From positions 5,663 through 37,662 of the forward strand of contig CALMMQ010000091.1 of NCBI GenBank assembly GCA_937868725.1: a DNA stretch of 32,000 bases. Direction: 5' to 3'. Source of the stretch: an uncultured Pleomorphomonas sp. Its GTDB lineage: Bacteria > Pseudomonadota > Alphaproteobacteria > Rhizobiales > Pleomorphomonadaceae. Below the pieces are notes generated by a model. It did no database searches. It was given only the letters and a program-made list of their open reading frames with translations, and was not told the origin of the DNA. The position numbers and the translations under genes are program-made. Positions 9,100 to 17,521 of this stretch are shown one piece after another. The stretch's first letter is position 1, and each line of letters starts with the position of its first letter.

Positions 9100-9767
9100 C
9101 GCCCCTCGCCGGTCGAGGAGATGCGATAGCCGAGACCGCGCACGGTCTCGATAAGGTCGATGCCCATCTTCTTGCGCAGCCGGCCGACAAAAACCTCGAT
9201 GGTGTTGGAATCGCGGTCGAAGTCCTGATCGTAGAGGTGTTCCACCAACTCGGTGCGCGACACCACCTTGTCGACATGCAGCATCAGGTACTGGATGAGA
9301 CGAAACTCGTGCGAAGTGAGCTTGATCGGATTGCCGGCGACAGTCAGTCGCCCGGCCTTGACGTCCAGACGGACCGTGCCGATCTCGATTTCATTGGATG
9401 CGCGACCGGCGGCCCGCCGCATCAGCGCCCTGAGGCGAGCCAGCACCTCTTCCATGTGGAAGGGCTTGGCGACGTAGTCATCGGCACCGGCGTCGATGCC
9501 GGCCACCTTGTCCGACCAGCGGTCGCGGGCGGTCAGCAGCAGCACCGGCACCAGCCGGTCGGCCCGGCGCCAGGCTTCGAGCACACTGAGCCCGTCCATC
9601 TTGGGCAGGCCGATGTCGAGAATGACGGCGTCGTAGGGCTCGGTGTCGCCAAGGAAGTGACCTTCCTCGCCGTCATAGGCACTGTCGACGACGTAACCGG
9701 CATCGCGGCAGGCAGCGGTCAGCTGGCGATTGAGATCGAGATCATCCTCGACGATCAGAATCCGCAT
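9096..9767 (-). CDS. OmpR/PhoB-family response regulator (223 aa), FeuP/PhoP-like
   Basis: MRILIVEDD...DAVILDIGLPKMDG...DDYVAKPF receiver domain, plus a winged-helix C-terminus ...LTSHEFRLIQYLM...TVRGLGYRI. Confidence 0.93.
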   Translation of the reverse strand: MRILIVEDDLDLNRQLTAACRDAGYVVDSAYDGEEGHFLGDTEPYDAVILDIGLPKMDGLSVLEAWRRADRLVPVLLLTARDRWSDKVAGIDAGADDYVAKPFHMEEVLARLRALMRRAAGRASNEIEIGTVRLDVKAGRLTVAGNPIKLTSHEFRLIQYLMLHVDKVVSRTELVEHLYDQDFDRDSNTIEVFVGRLRKKMGIDLIETVRGLGYRISSTGEGR

Positions 9768-9774
9768 GGTCGTC

Positions 9775-10065
9775 TTACCTCAGCCGCTGACCGGACGTGG
9801 CGTCGACCACGATGTTCTCGATTCGCCCGCCCGGGTGCATGATGGCCAGCTGATAGATCAGCGGTCCCTGCGGCGATTCGCACAGCTGGGCGCTGACGAT
9901 CTCGCCACCAACGGCACGGGCGATCACTCCGAGGCGCAGCACGGCACCCGACGCCACCGCCTTCTGGGCCTGACTGGCCGTCAGGCACCCGGCGGCAGCC
10001 GGCGCAGCCCCCGTCAGACAGCCGACCAGCGCCAGGACCGCAAATCTCGAAAGGATCGATTTCAT
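9775..10065 (-). CDS. Small secreted PepSY-like protein (96 aa), first gene of the two-component operon
   Basis: Start MKSILSRFAVLALVGCLTG (signal/lipobox-like; ATG at 10065) within ORF 9775..10116. The C-terminus ...IYQLAIMHPGGRIENIVVDATSGQRL resembles PepSY. It lies 8 nt upstream of the regulator start. Confidence 0.65.
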   Translation of the reverse strand: MKSILSRFAVLALVGCLTGAAPAAAGCLTASQAQKAVASGAVLRLGVIARAVGGEIVSAQLCESPQGPLIYQLAIMHPGGRIENIVVDATSGQRLR

Positions 10066-10134
10066 GGCCAGAAGGTAACGCCCGGCGCCTGAATGCTCCA
10101 TGAACGGTGGCGTCATCAGGCGTTGAGCAATCGA

Positions 10135-13100
10135 TCATAAGGCGATCGTCGCCTGCAGTGGCCAGCCGGCGCCAACCGTTTCGCTCATCTGGGTGATCCG
10201 GACGTCGAGGCTGGCAGCCGGAGCGCCGAAGTCGGCCACTTGCGCGGCGGCCGCATAGCGCGCCCCCGGCTCGGTGACAGCGATGAGGCGGCGGATGCTA
10301 TCGCCGCTCAGGATGGCGATCTCATAGGCCTCCGTCCTTTCGCCGAGCGCCACGTCGACGGCGGCGAAGTCGTCACCGCCACTGCGCGTCCGCCGCACCC
10401 AGGAAAACAGGATGTCGCCGCTCTCAGCCTCGCGGCGCGCCTTGAGATGGACCGGGGCGAGCGGCCGCAGGCCGACACCGGTCGGCGTGACGGTGAGCGA
10501 GGCCAGTTCGTCGTCGGCGAGCCCGGCCGTGGCGTCGCCGACCCGCAGCGACAGCGGTCGGGCAATGGCGTCGCTGGCAAGCGGCAACTGAACGAGCGCC
10601 TGATCAAGCAGCACGAAGTCGGCTCCGGCGGCGTGTCCGCTGGCGGCTAGGCGCTCGCTGCCGCCCTGCCCGCGCAGCAGGCCGGACAGGCGGTAGCGGT
10701 AGGCGCCGATGAGCTCGGCGGCGAGAAACTGGATGAGCTCCCAGCCGCCGGCTGGCGAGCCGATGGCGGCAAGGTTCGCACCGGCCAGCACCGCCGTCTC
10801 GCTGGCGGACGCCAGCGTGCCGCGCACCAGCTCGACGTCGATATGACTAGCGCGGTCGAAGCGCCAGACCGGACCGGCCGGAACGGCAGTGGCCACCGTT
10901 CCGATGGTTGCCGCCCGCGTGAGCGTCTTCAGGACGGCAAAAGTACCGCCGACGTCGGCGTAGGCGGCGACGCGGCCGGGCCACGGCACGGAACAGACTG
11001 CCAGCCAGGGCCGATACGGCTTGTCGTCGCCGTCGCGAGCCGGCAGGTCGAGCACCAGCGCCAAGGGCGCGGCGATCGCCGGCAGCGATGTCAGCCGCCG
11101 GTCACCGAAGGGGAGAGCCGCCGCCCGTCGCAGCGACACCGGCACCACGGTCGTGGCCTCGATGAGGCGGCAGTCGCCGTCCTTGATCGACGCGACGCGC
11201 AGCCGCGCCGTCGTCTCGCGGCGAGCCAGCGTCACGACATCGCCCGGTTCGAGCGCCAGCGCCGTAGGCGACAGGCGGAAACGCACGTTCTCGCGCCCGG
11301 CCTCAAGATCGCGCAACCAGGCATCGGCGTGCCCCTGCATCACGGCTGCCGCCGCCATCACCGGCAGGCTGACATCCTTGACGCGTGGCGGCCCGTCACG
11401 CTGGGCCGAGACGGCGGCCGACTGGCCGTCGGCGGCGCTGTCACTGAAGGCGATCGCCACGGCTCCGGGCACGTCGGCGTCCTGAGCGCGGCGCACTTCG
11501 AGGTCGGCCTCGCCAGCGGTCGTCGCCAGATCGTCGTCGGTGAAGGCGGCCACCACCCGGTCGTCGGGATCGGCGAACGTCAGGCCGTTGGCGGTTTCGA
11601 CGACGCTGAAGCCGAGCACGGTCTGAAACGGTGTCAGCAGGTCGCGCAGCGAGCCGCGTTCGGCGATGGCAAGGCCATCGAACACCGGGGTCAGGCCGGT
11701 GGCGTCGATCGTCGCCAGGCCGAGCGCCTTGGCGAGCGCTTCGACCACCTCGCCCAGCGGCGCGGCGCCGAGCCGGCCGGTCAGCCAATGGCCGGTCTGC
11801 CAGTTGCCGCCGTCCTGCCAGACGTCGGTGGCGAGCGGAAACCAGGGATAGGGTCGGGCGTCCCAGGTCCAGACGTGGGCGCGCGCCACGTCGACCATGC
11901 GGCGCCCATCGCGCGGCGAGATGGGATTGTCGGCGCTGCGGAAGCCGGAGGCCGCCGGATCGAAGTGGCCGATCAGCGCCTCAAGGTAACGGCGCTGCGC
12001 CGCGTCATCGCGGCGGCCGTGGCTGAACCAGGGCGACCGCCCTTCCGAGGAACGGGCGTCGGGGAAGACGTTGGGCTGATTGGGGCCGAAGTCGACGGCC
12101 GGGCAGCCGATCTCGGTGAAGCGGATCGGCTTGAGGCCGGGCAGCCAGGCGCTGGCGGTCGCGAGCTCGACACCGCCGACGCGGTCGTAGTGGCGGTTCG
12201 ACCACCAGCCGACCAGATCCTTGCAGCGCCAGAGCCATGGCTTGCCGTAGTCGTCGCTGATCGGCGTTCGGCGGCCGGCCAGACGATCGGTGTCGCTCGG
12301 GTAATACCAGTCGAAGCCCTCGCCGCCGGCCACGTTGGCCGCGAGATAGCCAAGGTCATAGGGACCGGCCGAGGTCGTCCGGTCGGGACCGTCGACGTCA
12401 CGCCAGTCGCTGAGGGGGAAATAGGCGTCGATGCCGATGAAGTCGACGTCGGCCGACGTCCAGAGCGCATCGAGGTGAAAGGCGAAATCGCCGGCGCCGG
12501 CCTGATGGCCGTTCCACTCCGTCCAGTCGGCGGCGTAGGAGACGCGGGTGGCGCTGCCGAGCAGCGATTTGACGTCGTGGGCCAGTGTCACGAGGCCGTT
12601 GACGAAGGGATAGCTCCGCCCGGCGCCGCGCACCGTCGTCAAACCGACGAGCTCCGAACCGATCAGGAACGTCTCGACGCCGCCGGCAGCGGCGCACAGG
12701 GCGGCGTAGTGTAGCACCATGCGGCGATAGTGCCAGTCGTCCCCGCCCGAAAAAGTGACGGTCGTGCCGGACGCGGCGAACTGGTTCGGCTGCGCCGTAC
12801 CAAGGAAGGCGTCGATCTCGGCGGTCGCCGCCGCGCTGCCCCAGGGTGAACCAGCCACGTCCTTGGCCGGATGGCAGGTTATGCGGCCGCGCCAGGGCAA
12901 GGCCGCCTGTTCGGATTTTCCATAGGGGTCGGGTCGGCCGTTGCCGGCCGGCACGTCCATCATCACGAACGGGTAGAAAGTGACGGCAAGACCACGTGCT
13001 TTGAGCGCCCTGATGACCTCGACGACGCTGTCGTCGCTCGGCGTGCCGCCGTAGACGGCGGCGCCTGCCACCGTCGAAACGACGGCGGCATGGCTCCGCG

Positions 13101-14007
13101 TTTCCCCAGACACCGACCAGACGAGGCCGGACGTCGCCTTGGCGGCGTTCTCCACCTTGGGCCGGATGGTGCAGACGCCGGCCCGGAGATCATCGCCGAA
13201 CCAGGTGACAACGACGGCGACGCTTTCAAGCGCCGGGCAGACGGCGACCAGTTCGTCGAGCGAGGCTTCGAGATCGCTGGCCGCCACAGCGGCGTGGCGG
13301 TTCTCGGGCGCCGTCACGCCGGTACGGAGCTGCCGCGTTACCTTGGTGGTAGCGTAGCCGAACTCGGTGGCGGCGGGAATCAGCGTCACGGCTCGGATCA
13401 TGGACTCGAGCCGGCCAACCGGCCGGATCACCTCGAAGGTCAGCTGCGGCAGGCCATTGCCGAAGTCCTCGATCGGCAAGCGTTCGAACACCACGTACGC
13501 CAGGCCGCGATAGGCCGGCGCGCTCTGCTGGCGGGCCAGAATCAGCGAATCCGGCTCCTGCGTTTCGTCGCCGAGATAGACGCGCATCGTTACCTTGGTG
13601 AGATCGAGGAGATCGCCATTGGCCCAGACGCGGCCGACGCGAGCGATCGGCCCTTCGCAGAGGCCAACGGCGAAGTTGGCGAAATAGCTGTAGGTGGTGG
13701 TCTTGGCGCCGCGTCCCTTGCCGCCGACCGTCTCCGACGTGGTTACTTCCTCGAACCTGGTCGCCCAGATCACTTCGCCAGCCACGCGCATGCGGCCGAA
13801 AAGACGGGGAATGGCCGCCCCTTCGTCGGACGACTGCACGTCGAGGCTCTTGAGGCGGGCGCCAGTGGTCGACGACGACGAGCCGAACAGCGATCGGTCG
13901 ACGAGACCGCCGACCAGTGCCCCAGCCGCCTGGCCGAGGATGGCGGCGGTCGAGCCGAAAAGACCACCGACCGCCGAACCGGCGGCGGCGAGAAGCAGCG
14001 TTGCCAT
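10135..14007 (-). CDS. GTA g15 homologue: large baseplate/host-specificity multidomain protein (megatron-like, 1290 aa)
   Basis: N-terminus MATLLLAAAGSAVGGLFG...RLKSLDVQSSDEGAAIPRLFGRMRVAGEVIWATRFEE...YSYFANFAVGLCEGPI is characteristic of GTA ORFg15 / phage gpJ-like proteins. Its size and terminal position in the cluster fit. Confidence 0.9.
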   Translation of the reverse strand: MATLLLAAAGSAVGGLFGSTAAILGQAAGALVGGLVDRSLFGSSSSTTGARLKSLDVQSSDEGAAIPRLFGRMRVAGEVIWATRFEEVTTSETVGGKGRGAKTTTYSYFANFAVGLCEGPIARVGRVWANGDLLDLTKVTMRVYLGDETQEPDSLILARQQSAPAYRGLAYVVFERLPIEDFGNGLPQLTFEVIRPVGRLESMIRAVTLIPAATEFGYATTKVTRQLRTGVTAPENRHAAVAASDLEASLDELVAVCPALESVAVVVTWFGDDLRAGVCTIRPKVENAAKATSGLVWSVSGETRSHAAVVSTVAGAAVYGGTPSDDSVVEVIRALKARGLAVTFYPFVMMDVPAGNGRPDPYGKSEQAALPWRGRITCHPAKDVAGSPWGSAAATAEIDAFLGTAQPNQFAASGTTVTFSGGDDWHYRRMVLHYAALCAAAGGVETFLIGSELVGLTTVRGAGRSYPFVNGLVTLAHDVKSLLGSATRVSYAADWTEWNGHQAGAGDFAFHLDALWTSADVDFIGIDAYFPLSDWRDVDGPDRTTSAGPYDLGYLAANVAGGEGFDWYYPSDTDRLAGRRTPISDDYGKPWLWRCKDLVGWWSNRHYDRVGGVELATASAWLPGLKPIRFTEIGCPAVDFGPNQPNVFPDARSSEGRSPWFSHGRRDDAAQRRYLEALIGHFDPAASGFRSADNPISPRDGRRMVDVARAHVWTWDARPYPWFPLATDVWQDGGNWQTGHWLTGRLGAAPLGEVVEALAKALGLATIDATGLTPVFDGLAIAERGSLRDLLTPFQTVLGFSVVETANGLTFADPDDRVVAAFTDDDLATTAGEADLEVRRAQDADVPGAVAIAFSDSAADGQSAAVSAQRDGPPRVKDVSLPVMAAAAVMQGHADAWLRDLEAGRENVRFRLSPTALALEPGDVVTLARRETTARLRVASIKDGDCRLIEATTVVPVSLRRAAALPFGDRRLTSLPAIAAPLALVLDLPARDGDDKPYRPWLAVCSVPWPGRVAAYADVGGTFAVLKTLTRAATIGTVATAVPAGPVWRFDRASHIDVELVRGTLASASETAVLAGANLAAIGSPAGGWELIQFLAAELIGAYRYRLSGLLRGQGGSERLAASGHAAGADFVLLDQALVQLPLASDAIARPLSLRVGDATAGLADDELASLTVTPTGVGLRPLAPVHLKARREAESGDILFSWVRRTRSGGDDFAAVDVALGERTEAYEIAILSGDSIRRLIAVTEPGARYAAAAQVADFGAPAASLDVRITQMSETVGAGWPLQATIAL

Positions 14008-14040
14008 GGATATGTCCTCGCGTTGGGGGCGGGCGGCACT

Positions 14041-14472
14041 TCAGGCGTCGATGCCCGGCCAGCGATAGGCGCCGGCGAGATGGCGTTGCCACCACGGGCC
14101 GAGCGGCGCCTCGGCGACACAAGCGCCTTCATGGGCGTGGATGAAATGACCGCGATCGATGAGAATGCCAGCGTGCTTGGCCGGCAGGTCGGCACGCCAG
14201 CGGAACAGCACCAGATCGCTCGCCCCGGCCCTGTCGATGGCGATCGGCTGGAAATGCCGCGCCGCCGCGGCGGCCATCCGTTCGCCCCCGCCGGCTTCGG
14301 CCCAGTCGGGGCTATAGGCCGGCAGAGCCTCCGGCTCGCCACCGATGACGGCCCGCCAAACGCCACGCACGAGGCCGAGGCAATCGCAACCGACACCCTT
14401 GAGTGAACCCTGATGGCGATAGGGCGTGCCAAGCCAGCTTTGCGCCTCGGCGATGATGTCTTGTCGACGCAT
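14041..14472 (-). CDS. GTA g14 homologue: NlpC/P60-family phage cell wall peptidase (143 aa)
   Basis: AQSWLGTPYRHQGSLKGVGCDCLGLVRGVW (catalytic Cys) ... HAGILI...FIHA (His). ATGA overlap with g13. Confidence 0.9.
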   Translation of the reverse strand: MRRQDIIAEAQSWLGTPYRHQGSLKGVGCDCLGLVRGVWRAVIGGEPEALPAYSPDWAEAGGGERMAAAAARHFQPIAIDRAGASDLVLFRWRADLPAKHAGILIDRGHFIHAHEGACVAEAPLGPWWQRHLAGAYRWPGIDA

Positions 14473-15353
14473 CAGAACAGCACCTCGCCGTCGTCATCGC
14501 CATCGCCGCTGGCGTAGGAGAAGACGAAATCGCGCCCCGGCATGTGAGGAAAGCCGCGGAAGTTGACGGCGTTGGCGAAGCGGTCGCGACAGGTCTCGAA
14601 GCGCTTGTCGCAGCCGGCGACCAGCTGCAGCGCCGTGCCGGGGGCCGGCGCTTCGGACAGCGCCTGCCGCAGCAGCAACCGTGCCCCGAGATCGTCGCTA
14701 AGGTGGCTGTCGATGACAGCGCCGGTACCCGCGAGCAGACCGGCCATGACGGTGAGCCGCCCGCCCGAGAACCAGCCAGCGGCGAAAGTGCCCGCCCCGC
14801 TGAGCCAGATCTCGCGCGCCGTCGAACCGACTGCGACCGTGGCCGTGCTCGTCCAGGCGGCAGCGGCCAGCGTGCAGCGGCCATCGGCGAAGTCGGCGTC
14901 GCAGAAGCGCTGGAACAGCCGTCCGCACGGCTGATCGAGCAGAAAGGCAGGCCCGCGCACCTCGGCACGGAAGCCGCCATCGGCGGCGGTGATCTCGCCG
15001 ATGGTACCGGTGCGCAGCAACAGGTGGTTGTCGAGGTTCGTCCAGTCAACGCGCCAGACCTCGATGCCGGCTCCATCCCAGCGTCCGGCGGCGATGTCGG
15101 CTTCGGTGATGGCGTCGGAGGTAAGCGCCCCGGCGATCTCTTCCTCGCCGACAGAGAGGTCGGAGGTGCGGCTGGCGCTGGTGCGGTCGAAGCCGGTTGC
15201 CGGCTGGCACAGCACGCCATCAAGGATCAGTGGCCGATCGTGATCGGTGAAGCCGAACACGACGCCATCGCGTCGGCGGACGACCCAGGCCGTGCAGAGT
15301 GTTGTTGCCACCGAACCGAGAGCGGCGGCGAAGCCGGCGGTCAGCGTTCTCAT
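14472..15353 (-). CDS. GTA g13 homologue: DUF2163 / BR0599-family baseplate hub protein (293 aa)
   Basis: TLCTAWVVRRRDGVVFGFTDHDRPL ... CDKRFETCRDRFANAVNFRGFPHMPG is the hallmark of this family. ATGA overlap with g12. Confidence 0.88.
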   Translation of the reverse strand: MRTLTAGFAAALGSVATTLCTAWVVRRRDGVVFGFTDHDRPLILDGVLCQPATGFDRTSASRTSDLSVGEEEIAGALTSDAITEADIAAGRWDGAGIEVWRVDWTNLDNHLLLRTGTIGEITAADGGFRAEVRGPAFLLDQPCGRLFQRFCDADFADGRCTLAAAAWTSTATVAVGSTAREIWLSGAGTFAAGWFSGGRLTVMAGLLAGTGAVIDSHLSDDLGARLLLRQALSEAPAPGTALQLVAGCDKRFETCRDRFANAVNFRGFPHMPGRDFVFSYASGDGDDDGEVLF

Positions 15354-15982
15354 GACCGCACCTCGACGAGCGGAATGGTGGAGATGGAGCCGGCACCGAA
15401 GTGATCGAGGCTGACGGTCAGCTGGTCGGTATCGAACCGCACCGGCACGTCGAACAGAAAGCCGGCGGTGATGGCCTGGCCGGCCGCGGGCGCTGTCGCC
15501 AGCGTCACGAGCCCGGTGGAAGCGTCGACGGCAAAATCAGCGGCGGCCACCGGCACGCCAGCGACGGCGACGACCACCGATCCGGCGACCGGCTTTTCAA
15601 TCGTCCGGGCATACGGGGCAAAGGCGGCGCCGTAAGTCTTGCATAGTTGAAAGCAGCGCGTGGTGCCGTCACCGGTACCGATCAACTGGTCGAACGGCGC
15701 GATGACGGCGCCCGGCGCCGACGAACGATCGTCGGAACGATCGCGAAAACGGAAACCGTAGAGCCGGCCACGCCGCTCCTCGAAGAAGGCGACGACGGCG
15801 CCAAGATCGGCCAAGGTCTTGATGCCGCTTGCCGCGTCGTAACGTCGACGGCTGTCGGCCCAGCGGCCGTTGCGCACTTCGCGACCAGAGGTGAGCGTGA
15901 CGATCTCGGTCCGCCGTTCGGGTCCGCCGCTGGCACCGAGCGCAACGGCGAGCGGAAAGTCCGTCTCGTGGAAGTTCGACAT
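15350..15982 (-). CDS. GTA g12 homologue: DUF2460 / TIGR02217-family distal tail protein (210 aa)
   Basis: MSNFHETDFPLAVALGASGGPERRTEIVTLTSGREVRNGRWADSRRRYDA...FFEERRGRLYGFRFRD matches the family N-terminus. Confidence 0.88.
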   Translation of the reverse strand: MSNFHETDFPLAVALGASGGPERRTEIVTLTSGREVRNGRWADSRRRYDAASGIKTLADLGAVVAFFEERRGRLYGFRFRDRSDDRSSAPGAVIAPFDQLIGTGDGTTRCFQLCKTYGAAFAPYARTIEKPVAGSVVVAVAGVPVAAADFAVDASTGLVTLATAPAAGQAITAGFLFDVPVRFDTDQLTVSLDHFGAGSISTIPLVEVRS

Positions 15983-16089
15983 AGCTAGAAATCCGGTTTT
16001 TTGGAAGGCAGGAGAATTTTTGATTCATCTCAAGGCAGGGCCTAGGACCGGGAGTTACTGTTGTTTCATGTAAAACGGGGAGAAGGCTC

Positions 16090-16338
16090 GTGCCCATTCC
16101 GCATGAACTCGCTGTAGAATTCCCTCAGGCGTTCGAGTTCATCCAGGCTATCGAGCAGGACGATCATTCGTTCTGCGGTGTTACGGGGGCTTATCAGCAG
16201 ATCAATCGCCGCATTTACCGGATTGAATCGCTGATCGAGCCGGCAAGTAACGAAGTACTGGATGAACTCAAGCGGCGGCGTGAACTCCTCCGCCAAGAGA
16301 TCGCGACCTTCGTCGCAACCAAAAGCGCAGTGGCTTGA
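16090..16338 (+). CDS. DUF465 (YdcH-like) small coiled-coil protein (82 aa), opposite strand to the GTA genes
   Basis: GTG start preceded by GGAGAAGG. PHELAVEFPQAFEFIQAIEQDDHSF...YQQINRRIYRIESLIEPASNEVLDELKRRRELLRQEI fits the DUF465 pattern (HEL..FPE...I..L...D..F..L...Y..LN..I.R.E......E.L..LKK.RL.LKDEI). The locus is lower in GC: I counted 50-55% in two 60-nt samples. Confidence 0.75.
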   Translation: MPIPHELAVEFPQAFEFIQAIEQDDHSFCGVTGAYQQINRRIYRIESLIEPASNEVLDELKRRRELLRQEIATFVATKSAVA

Positions 16339-16363
16339 CACCCCTCCTCGTTGGGCCTCAGCG

Positions 16364-16951
16364 CTATAGCCCGCGCCGTCCCCGTCCGACGGCGCGGGCT
16401 AGCATCACGCCAAGCTGCGCTTCGGATTGACGGAAGCTGTCGGCGTTGGGCGTCGTCACGTTGAAGGTGACGTTGACACTGCCGCCACCGCCCCGCACGC
16501 CAAGGCTGCCATCGGCCGTCCGGCCCAGCGGCAGGATGGCTTCGGCACCCGCTTCCCCCATCACCCCCAGCCCACCGTTGCCGAGGGGGAAGTAGCTCGG
16601 CGTCGCCACGACGCCGCCGCTGGCGAACGGGACGACACCACCCTTGGCGAAGCCGGTGAGACCCAGCAGTTGGCCGAACAGGTTGCCGGTGGTACCAGCC
16701 AGCGAGCCGGCCAGGTTCTCGATCAGCGACACCAGCGGCTTCAGCGATGCTTCCAGCGCGGCGCCCGACAATCGCAGCGCGACCTGCTTCAAGGTGTCGT
16801 CGAGCGAGCGCCCCTGCAACACGGCCGATTTCAGCCCGGAGGTCAGCGCCTTGCTGAAGGAACCAGCCGCCGCCTCGAGGGCGGCGAAGTCCTTGAGCCG
16901 GGCGCCGAGGTCGGTGCCAAGGGCCCGGGTATTCAGCGCGTCATCGGCCAT
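16364..16951 (-). CDS. GTA g11 homologue: short tail tape measure protein (195 aa)
   Basis: Position between g10.1 and g12. Ala/Leu/Gly-rich helical N-terminus, then FAKGGVV..GGVVATPSYFPLGNGGLGVMGEAGAEAILPL, typical of the GTA tape measure C-terminal region. Confidence 0.75.
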   Translation of the reverse strand: MADDALNTRALGTDLGARLKDFAALEAAAGSFSKALTSGLKSAVLQGRSLDDTLKQVALRLSGAALEASLKPLVSLIENLAGSLAGTTGNLFGQLLGLTGFAKGGVVPFASGGVVATPSYFPLGNGGLGVMGEAGAEAILPLGRTADGSLGVRGGGGSVNVTFNVTTPNADSFRQSEAQLGVMLARAVGRGRRGL

Positions 16952-17129
16952 CGGTGGTCCTCTCTCGATCGGGATAGCGGTTGAGCAGCGCCGCGAACTC
17001 GTCGCGGCGCAGCGGCGCGGGGCGGTGGACGGGCGCCAGATGCCCGATCACCGCCGCCAGTTCACGCGGGGTCATGGCCCAGAAGTCGGCCGGCGCCAGA
17101 CGCAGCACGCCGAGGCCGAAGCCGATCAC
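16941..17129 (-). CDS. GTA g10.1 homologue (rcc01693/TIGR02216-like tail assembly chaperone, 62 aa from a GTG start); possibly expressed as a -1 frameshift extension of g10
   Basis: GFGLGVLRLAPADFWAMTPRELAAV motif. The only available start is the GTG at 17129 (GTGA overlap with the g10 stop). Upstream, the same frame stays open and encodes ...SAPFPWDD with no start codon. Confidence 0.7.
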   Translation of the reverse strand: MIGFGLGVLRLAPADFWAMTPRELAAVIGHLAPVHRPAPLRRDEFAALLNRYPDRERTTDGR

Positions 17130-17521
17130 GTCGTCCCAGGGGAAGGGGGCGGATCGGCCGCCGCCGGAGCCGGCAAAGGGGAGGCCGCGCCCTCCTCGCG
17201 CGGGTCGACGCCGAAGGTGGCGGCGATGAGCCGGACGACGATATCGACGTAACCGGCGATACCGCCATCGACGTGCATGGTAGCGACGTCATCGTCGCTC
17301 ACCTGTTCGCCAGCCCCGCGCAGGCCGGCACTAATCACTCGCGTCGCGTCACGCGCCTTGAGCGAACCGCTGGCGAAGCGGCGGGCCAGATCGGCCAGGT
17401 CCTCGGCGCCAAAGGCGTCCTCGAGGTCGGCGAGCGCGCCGAGCGTCAGGCGCAGACGGCGTTCGACGCCGCCGATGACGGCGGCGATCTCGCCGCGATG
17501 GCTGTTGGTCATGGGGATCAT
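17126..17521 (-). CDS. GTA g10 homologue: gene transfer agent family protein / tail assembly chaperone (131 aa), with an unusual Pro-rich C-terminal tail
   Basis: NSHRGEIAAVIGGVERRLRLTLGALADLEDAFG...LKARDATRVISAGLRGAG matches the GTA g10 family. The last ~20 aa (EEGAASPLPAPAAADPPPSPGTT) lie in the region that overlaps the g10.1 frame. Confidence 0.8.
   Translation of the reverse strand: MIPMTNSHRGEIAAVIGGVERRLRLTLGALADLEDAFGAEDLADLARRFASGSLKARDATRVISAGLRGAGEQVSDDDVATMHVDGGIAGYVDIVVRLIAATFGVDPREEGAASPLPAPAAADPPPSPGTT
17174..17180 (-). other. Candidate -1 ribosomal slippery heptamer C_CCT_TTG in the g10 zero frame
   Basis: The minus strand reads tcc cct ttg in the g10 frame (the ttg codon is 48 nt from the stop, so it is in phase). 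This fits X_XXY_YYZ. The -1 frame from here reads PFAGSGGGRSAPFPWDDVIGFGLGVL... straight into g10.1. Confidence 0.4.

Noticed and set aside
7693-9129. 478-aa plus-strand ORF antisense to the histidine kinase
   Set aside because: This is a shadow ORF. The minus-strand product has intact H-box and ATPase motifs.
10843-14406. Long plus-strand ORFs (623 aa at 10843..12714; 511 aa at 12871..14406) antisense to g15/g14
   Set aside because: These are antisense shadow ORFs with extreme Arg/Gly/Ala composition. The minus strand encodes a recognisable GTA g15 and an NlpC/P60 peptidase.
16066-16341. 91-aa minus-strand ORF co-oriented with the GTA genes in the g11-g12 gap
   Set aside because: The opposite (plus) frame gives a good DUF465 pattern with an RBS. 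The minus-frame product has no recognisable features. It is kept as the alternative to test.
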